Part shown: piece after piece, positions 56,533 to 64,000 of the stretch
Layout of the letters: each line of letters begins with the position of its first letter
Numbering within the stretch: position 1 is the stretch's first letter
Assembly (NCBI GenBank): GCA_964016885.1
Contig: OZ024752.1
Span: 22,816,001 to 22,880,000, forward strand
Reading direction: 5' to 3'
Length of the DNA stretch: 64,000 bases
Source of the DNA: Eledone cirrhosa
Taxonomy: Eukaryota
Program-made: the position numbers and the translations under genes
Notes under the pieces: model-generated
Databases searched by the model: none
Seen by the model: only the letters and a program-made list of their open reading frames with translations
What the model was told of the DNA's origin: nothing

Positions 56533-56545
56533 ATATACACACATA

Positions 56546-56577
<32 letters not shown>

Positions 56578-56797
56578 GCTCTCCCTATATATAAAGAAAC
56601 GCCAAAAATAAAAATATAAACAAAATTGTATATCATGTGACATAGCATGTGCTCTGTTGAATCATGTGATGAGGTAGGGTCAACCTAATTTCAGTGTTGA
56701 AACCAGAGCCATTCATTTCATTGTCATCATCATTGTTATCACTATCATCTACATTACTATTGATAACAAAAACTGTGCCATTGCCACTCTCTTATCA

Positions 56798-56887
56798 ATA
56801 CTACTACTGCTGTTGCTGCTGTTACTACAACTGCTGCTGCTGCTGCTGCTACAACTGCTGCTGCTGCTGCTGCTACTACTGCTGCTG

Positions 56888-56966
<79 letters not shown>

Positions 56967-57085
56967 CACCACCACAACCACCACTACTACTACTACTCCT
57001 ACCACCACCACCACTACTACTAATACCACCACCACTACCGGCACTGCTGCTGCTACTACTACCACTACCACCACCACAACCACCA

Positions 57086-57126
<41 letters not shown>

Positions 57127-57135
57127 GTACTACTA
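56798..57135. repeat. Compound (CTG)n/(CTA)n/(CCA)n trinucleotide repeat
   Basis: Seen directly. Confidence 0.95.
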
Positions 57136-57309
57136 TCATCAACATAATATTACTGCCATATCTATCAGAACTGTTATTATCAGTTCAGTTAATGAGTCCA
57201 GTCATATCTTCATTGCTATTACTACTATAACTCCATCACCATCATTAACAACAACAGTGTTAATGTCAACAAAACCACCCAGTTGCTAACACAATCCCTT
57301 GCCTCCACT

Positions 57310-60300
57310 GCCTAAATTTTTTTCCAGTTACAGGGTCTCCTGCTGCCTTTTAGAACATATATTTCATCACCACTAACCCATTCCCCGATAAAGTTGGCCA
57401 ATAGTAATGTCAGAACATATATTTCATCACCACTAACCCATTCCCCAATAAAGTTGGCCAATAGTAATGATTTCTGATTTAGGCACAAGTTTATAGTATT
57501 TGTGTTCAGGAGGGAAATTATTACACAGGATGGAGAAGAACATTTTAGGGCTGTTAGAAGCAACATTAAGTGAGAAGGGAGGATTTAGCCATGATACATT
57601 ATGAGATCTCCTACAGTGCATGGTACTAGGATTATTAGAAGGGTTTATGGGTAAGTTTATATTATTCTTTAAATGTTTAAGGGTACTGGTGGATGAATTC
57701 TTAGTATTAAAGGAAGGCATCTGGTTAAGCTTTTTATTAGAGCTAGCTCTGAATTTATTGCTAGGAGTAGCTATTGCAGGCCATTACCAGGAGGACAGCT
57801 TTTTCTATTAAAGTTTTTAAATCTATTCTTACTAGAGATACTACTCTGTGTGATTACATTATTACTACTTAATTGTTGAGTGGATGGAATAGATTTTATC
57901 CTTATGGCCTGATTTAGAAAGAACCTCGTTATAGTACCAGGCAATATCATTAAATATATTCTCATTTGCTGAGAGTCTAGAGATTCTCTGTGAAATAGAC
58001 TTTACAATAGATTTCAGAACAGGGGGCAGGGTTTGAAAGGCAATTAATATAAGTTAAGATCTCACCAGGTTTATGATAAGGGTGGTATATTCCTGTATTA
58101 AGGTTTAAAGTAGCATCAAGAAAGTTGACAACTTTATAGTTAGGTCCAATTGTGATAGAAAGGCCAAACTTTTTAAAGAATTTATGTAACTGCTTTTTAA
58201 GAATCTCTATTCTATGTGTGTTAGAGTTATCTACAGTAAATAGCACATCGTGTCTATATAAGCCTCCTTGTCATCATCATCATCATCATCATCAACGTTT
58301 AACGTTTAACGGGGTGTATTTTGTTAGAGATGCCTACTGGCTGTAGTAGGTTTTACTATGTATTTAGGTAAGGCGCGTCTTCTCTGTTACTGAGTACCGC
58401 CAAAGGTCTCGGTCCAGTGACATTGTCTTGGAGAGGTGTAAGTGTGTGAGGTCGGAGTTTATCAGCTCGTCCCAGGTTTTTCTAGGTCTGCCTATTCCGT
58501 GGCTACCGTCTATCTTTATTGCCCTGCACTTTGTTATACAGCTATCGACTTTCATGCGCATCACGTGTCCATACCAACGTAGCCTTCTCTCGAGTAAACA
58601 ACATCTGATCCCTCTTATTTCTAATTTTTTCCTTAGTTCGTTTATGCTTTGCCGTTCACGTATATTACTGTTACACATCCAGCGGAGCATGCAAGCTTCG
58701 TTCCTCTCTAGTCTGCGTATATCCTCTGCACACAATGCCCAGGTCTCACTGCCATGCAACATTGCTGTTCGTATGCAGGCATCATACAACCTGCCTTTCA
58801 TTTTTAGGGAGAACCCTTTAGCAGCTAATAGTGGTATAAGCTCTCTGAACTTTTTCCAACCAGTTCTGACTCTAGCTACCGTACTTTCAGAGCACCCTCC
58901 CCTACTGCTGATTCTATCGCCCAGGTAACGGAAGCTGTCCACTATTTCTATAGAACCCTCTGCGCAATTGAAAGAGCTAGTATTTTGTGGGCACTTGCTG
59001 CTACTTATTGCACCAGAGCACCGGCCACATGTAAAATCTATGTTCTTAGTTAGCTTACCTGTGATCCCACTACATCTTTTATGCACCCATACTTTGCATT
59101 TGGGACATAAAATGGAGTTTCTACCTACGCCTTTCCTACACACTGAGCATGACCATTTCCCAGAAGGGACCGCCGCCTTATTTTCTTTCCTACAAACTAG
59201 AACTTTAGTCTTAGCCAGGTTAATTTTAAGTCCTTTTGATTCTAGGCCGTGCTTCCATGTTTGGAATTTCTTCTCTAGCTCGGCCATTGATTCAGCTATG
59301 AGTGTCAGGTCGTCTGCATATAGGAGTTCCCATGGGCAGCCGGTCTTGAACTCCTCTGTTATAGCCTGAAGGGCAATAATAAATAGTAGGGGGCTGAGAA
59401 CAGAGCCCTGATGGACGCCAACTTTTACGCTAAACTCATCACTATATTCGTTGTTAATTCTAACCTTGCTGGCTGTTTCTTTATACATGGCTTGTATAGC
59501 TCTCACAAGCCATTCATCAACGCCTAGTTTTCTAAGAGCCCACCAGATAATGGAGCGGGGGACTCTGTCAAAGGCTTTCTCCAAGTCGACAAAAGCTAAG
59601 TAGAGGGGTTTACCTTTAGCTAGGTACTTCTCCTGTAGTTGTCGTACAATGAAAAGAGCGTCTATGGTACTTTTACCTGACAAACCCGAACTGCATTTCA
59701 TCTAGGTCAATTCTCTCTCTGATTAGTTGCGCTATTACTTTTTCTGTGACCTTCATGACCTGGTCGATTAATTTAATGCCTCTATAGTTACTCCTATCTA
59801 GGGCGTCTCCTTTACCCTTATAACGGTTAACGATGATGCTGCTATGCCAGTCCTTCGGAACAACCCCATTCTGTACGACTTGGTTAACTATGCGGGTGAC
59901 CATGGTGTGTCCCACCGTGCCAGATGCCTTCAGCATCTCAGCAACTATTTCCGAAGGCCCAGTCGCCTTACCCGTCTTCATATCCTTGATTGCCTTACTT
60001 ATTATACTCCCCTCGACTAACACTGCTGGTCCCTCTATTGGGTCGATATGGGGGAGACTGTCTTTCTCCCATTTATTCTCCTCATTTAGTAGCCTTTCAT
60101 AGTGACACTTCCAAGCTACCTTCTTATCAGCGTCGGTGATGGCAAGTATGCCATCATCGTTAAGTACACACTTCTCCCCGACAATATCACGGTTTTCCTT
60201 GACGCATTGCCTAGCAATCCTGAACACCTCACGTTTTTGGTCATCGCGTTGTAGAACATGCTTGAACTTTCTTTCTTCAGCTTCCCTTCTTGCTAAGTAC

Positions 60301-61905
60301 ACTTGTCTCCTAGCTTCCCTCCTGGCCACTTGGTAGTCTTCTCTACTTCCCCCATCCCGCCATACTTTCCAAGCCTGCTTTTTGGCCTTAATTGACCCCT
60401 CCACCTTACTGTTCCACCACCATGTTACTCTCCTCCTGCCTATAGGCCTGCTCCAGCCACAGACTTCGTCTGTCGCCATCAGCAGGTTTGCTTTCAGAAA
60501 TTCCCACTGTCCCTCTATATTGTCCGACTCTAAATGCTCTTCCTTACTGTCGAAAGCATCAAGTAATATGCTTTGAAATTTATTTCTGACTGTGGGGTCC
60601 TTTAGCTTCCATATTTTTCTCCTGAGGATAGTCCTCTTCTGCTGTCGAGTACGTCTCGTCCTGACTATGAGGTCGCTAATTATCAGTCTATGTTGGGAGG
60701 TGCATTCTTCATGGGGGAGGGATTTAGTGTTTACAACAGACACTCTGTCACATCTTCTGGTAAGGATATAATCTACCTGGCTTGTGTGTTCCCCGGATCT
60801 ATAGGTGATCAGGTGATTGTCACGTTTTTTGAAGTTAGTGTTACAGATAGTTAGGTTATTTGCGTCACAGAATTCCAGGATTCTGGAGCCTTCCTCATTT
60901 CTAGTACCAAACCCATAGCCTCCATGGATTTCGTCGTAGCCGTCACAATGTTGTCCAACGTGACCATTTAGGTCGCCTGCAATAATTATATAGTCACTGT
61001 CGGATATTTGGGAGGTAGTGAGCATCAGTGTCTCATAGAATCTGTCTTTTATAGTGCCGGGCAGTCCGGATTGGGGTGCGTACACAGATATTACTGTCAC
61101 CGTAGTTCTATTGAGGACAAGTCGTATTTTAATTATTCTGTTGTTCACTCTATTTACGTCTATTATCTTATCTGCCCACTTTTCTGCTACCATGATTCCT
61201 ACTCCACCGAGCCCATCGTCGTTTCCCACCCAGAAAAGCTTATAACATCGTTTTTTACCCTCAATGAATCTAGCAGACCCACCCCTCCACCTGGTCTCTT
61301 GAATACAACAAACATCGACCTCCTTACGTTCAAGCATTTCTACAACCTCGTTAGCGCGGGAAATTCCTCCTTAAGCTTATGTAACCTGAGCAGAGTCACT
61401 TTACCCCATAGTTGTGTCAAAATTATTTGGTCTATTAGCCCTAGTCCAGTAGGTGGGGAAATTCCTCCTTAAGCTTGGGGAAATTCCTCCTTAAGCTTAT
61501 GTAACCTGAGCAGAGTCACTTTACCCCATAGTTGTGTCAAAATTATTTGGTCTATTAGCCCTAGTCCAGTAACTACCATTGAACTCAATTATAGTACGTC
61601 TAGCCATCAAAATAAAGTCTATTTCCTTTCTAGATAAATTAGTATTAGTACTAGCTAAGATTAGGGCTTTATTAAGTAAAATAGGGGATATAAATGCATA
61701 GTAATTATTGATGTCAAACTGTAAAAAATTAAGACGGTTCTTATCATTAATACTAGTGAACCAGTCAATAACTTGGTCAGTATTGATCCAGAGTTTAAAA
61801 GCTCGATTTGTCTTTTAAAATAGGAATAATTCGGTCAAGGATACGCTTACTAATTCGACCTATATCAGAAGGGTTTATAAGTCTAACAGAGGGGTTATCC
61901 TAAAA
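57310..61905 (-). mobile_element. Decayed PLE split by the RTE at 58271-61352
   Basis: 61905-61353 encodes FDINNYYAFI..FDTTMG..KLKEEFPAL; 58270-57310 resumes with QGGLYRHD, FLDATLNL and VSWLNPPFS. Confidence 0.82.
58271..61352 (-). mobile_element. Near-intact RTE subfamily B copy nested in a PLE
   Basis: ORFs 59673-61337 and 58364-59701 are joined by one 2-bp frameshift near 59680. Tail reads (ATC)n on + at 58271-58292. The 3' UTR is internally deleted. Confidence 0.92.
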
Positions 61906-62351
61906 AATTACACTTGTGGTCTTTCAGTAACTATGGTACCATGAAAAACAGGAATAACTAGGCAGGAAGAATTGATCAAAAGGAGAAATTTATTGAGAGT
62001 TCATTCCTTAACATATGTTTCTGTACAATATCCGTCTACATTCGCTGACTGCAAATTCCATGCTCAATCGCATGCATTACGCAATAAAATATTGCACTTT
62101 ATCAGAAAGAGAAAAAATTGTTATAGTTTAAGGTGAATTCATTGCATTTTTGCAATAAGTATCACTTACTGATAACTGGTCCAAGGTATAATCCTCTGGT
62201 ACACTAGAAAGTCAAAGTCGAAATGAAACAGAAGTGGTAGGTGGAAATATATATTGAAAATATAGATTTGACTTTTATTGATTTTTTTTTTTTTTATGAA
62301 ATATCTTTCAATGAGAATATTTGTTCTGAGTGTGCTTTATTATATTTGCAG

Positions 62352-63444
62352 GTGTTACTATCTGAAGAGAAAGCAGTTATCCATTACAGCCCTACTGAAA
62401 TCTCACCATTAGATGTTGTTGAACTGATCTGTCAACTTGGCTTCATGGCGCGAGTTAAACAAGTAAATCCAACTATAGCACTTGAAATAAAAGACTCAGA
62501 ACAAACTTTACACTTCCTCACTCATAATCCATTAACTGTATCAGAAAAACAGAATGCTGAAAGTAAACTACAAAGTATTTATGGAGTAAACTCTGTCGAA
62601 TTTTCAAAAGACAGAGACTTAATTATATATTATCAAAATTCAAAAATTAGTGGACTCCAAATTTCGGAGGCATTAGAAAGTGTTGGCATTGAAGTTAGCA
62701 TTAAAAAAATGAATGAAACACAAAGTCTTATATCTGAAACTGTCATTCACATTGAAGGCATGACTTGTCAGTCATGTGTTAAAACAATCGAATCTGAACT
62801 CTCCAAATTCCCAGGTGTGGATTTCATTTCAGTATCTTTAGAAGAAAAACATGCTATCATTCGGTATGACTGCAAAATTACTAATCCAGAAGCCCTTTGT
62901 GATAAAATTGATGACATGGGCTTTAAAGCAGTTTTAACTAAAGCTGATTCTGATGTAGATTTTGATGAAATTGCTAAACGTAATGTCACAAGAGAAAACC
63001 AATGTATTATCAATATAAAAGGAATGACTTGTAATTCTTGTGTTACAATCATCGAAAACACAATATCAGAGAAGGCGGGCATTAATAAAATAACTGTATC
63101 ACTAGAGAATAATAATGCTTTAGTGAAATATGATCCGGAAAAATTCAATCCTGAATCAATCGCTGAAAGTATAGATGATATGGGATTTGAGGCTGCTGTT
63201 TCTAAGGGAGATAATCCTGCTGCTTTTAACTTGATTGCAACTGTTGTGATAAATATTACAGGAATGACATGTAAATCATGTCAGAGCACAATCGAAATGA
63301 AAATCTCAGAACACTCTTCAGTGAAAAGTATTGCTGTTTCTTTAAAAGATAACAATACTGTCATTGATTACTATCCAGATACAACATCTCCTTCTGAACT
63401 CTGTAATGCCATTGAGGATATGGGTTTTATAGCAAGCATAGCAG
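62352..63444 (+). CDS. ATP7: Internal coding exon of a copper-transporting P1B-type ATPase (ATP7A/ATP7B-like), N-terminal heavy-metal-binding (HMA) region
   Basis: Three canonical HMA repeats (IEGMTCQSCV, IKGMTCNSCV, ITGMTCKSCQ), each ending in DMGF. They are preceded by the C-terminal half of one HMA domain and a degenerate HMA domain. Acceptor tatatttgcag|GTG at 62351/62352 and donor GCAG|gtgagt at 63444/63445; the frame is open throughout. Confidence 0.93.
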
Positions 63445-63534
63445 GTGAGTGATTTATTTGGATAAATTCTATGAATTTGTCACTTATTTATTTTCATGTA
63501 TTTCCAAAAAGGAAAAAAAAAGAAGCATTTATCA

Positions 63535-63950
63535 CCATCATTATTTTCATCATCATTGACATAAGCTAATGTTTTTCTAGTAATTTTACTATGATCAATC
63601 GCATTCTTCCTGTTGAATGGTACATCTTCAACATTTAACACCCATATTTCACTACCATACAACATCACACTTCATATACAAGTATCATACAGTCTGTCCT
63701 TCTATCACAGTTGAGAATTCCTTTGTAGCCAGTTGACGTAATAGCTCCCTGAACTTTTTCTACCCTTTTCTTACTCCAGCTGCTCTGCTTTTGCACTTCT
63801 AATTAAGTTACTTAGATAACAGAAATTATCAACTACTTCTAAAAAGTTATCAAAACATTTGAAAGAAGGATTTTGTAGGTGTTCTTTCTGTTAACCACTC
63901 TTACAAATCTGATGTACAGAAAGCACTTCCAGTCTTTCTCAACCTTTTCT
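63535..63950 (-). mobile_element. Old decayed RTE fragment in the downstream intron
   Basis: Minus-strand translation MLYGSEIWVLNVED matches MLHGSETWALKVED; a WKKFRELL-like remnant lies upstream. Confidence 0.7.
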
Positions 63951-64000
63951 TCCTTGTAGCCTATTTTTGGTGTAAAAAAAATTCCAGGCCCACATAAGCA

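Noticed and set aside
56694-57127. Poly-Cys/Tyr/His, poly-Leu and poly-Val ORFs
   Set aside because: These are trinucleotide repeat translations with no splice or domain support.
62241-62351. ORF-track start of the 403-aa HMA protein
   Set aside because: This is intronic T-rich sequence before a canonical acceptor. The ORF is an internal exon, not a standalone copper chaperone.

Overview
This is an AT-rich animal genomic window with no prokaryotic features. The (TA)n/(CA)n load, RTE LINEs with (GAT)n tails and tRNA-derived SINEs suggest a mollusc, probably an octopus-like coleoid cephalopod (inference). The only host coding sequence I can support is one 1093-bp internal exon of a copper-transporting P1B ATPase (ATP7A/B-like) at 62352-63444 (+). 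It starts part-way through a metal-binding domain, so the preceding ~62 kb is probably one very large intron. That interval is a mosaic of mobile DNA: one apparently intact RTE LINE (APE + RT + C4HC3 PHD-like finger) and many decayed or truncated copies, a second RTE family, Penelope-like elements (PLEs) of at least two types, maT/DD37D-like, mariner and pogo/Tigger transposons, a tiny hAT-type MITE, two SINE families, fold-backs and multi-kb microsatellites. The most notable hidden layer is about 15 type I hammerhead ribozyme motifs from about 6 sequence-distinct families. They sit in PLE pseudo-LTRs, are mostly paired as outward-facing inverted copies, and include core variants shared between copies (U4A, U4C, GUG site). 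All folds were read by eye and none has been tested.
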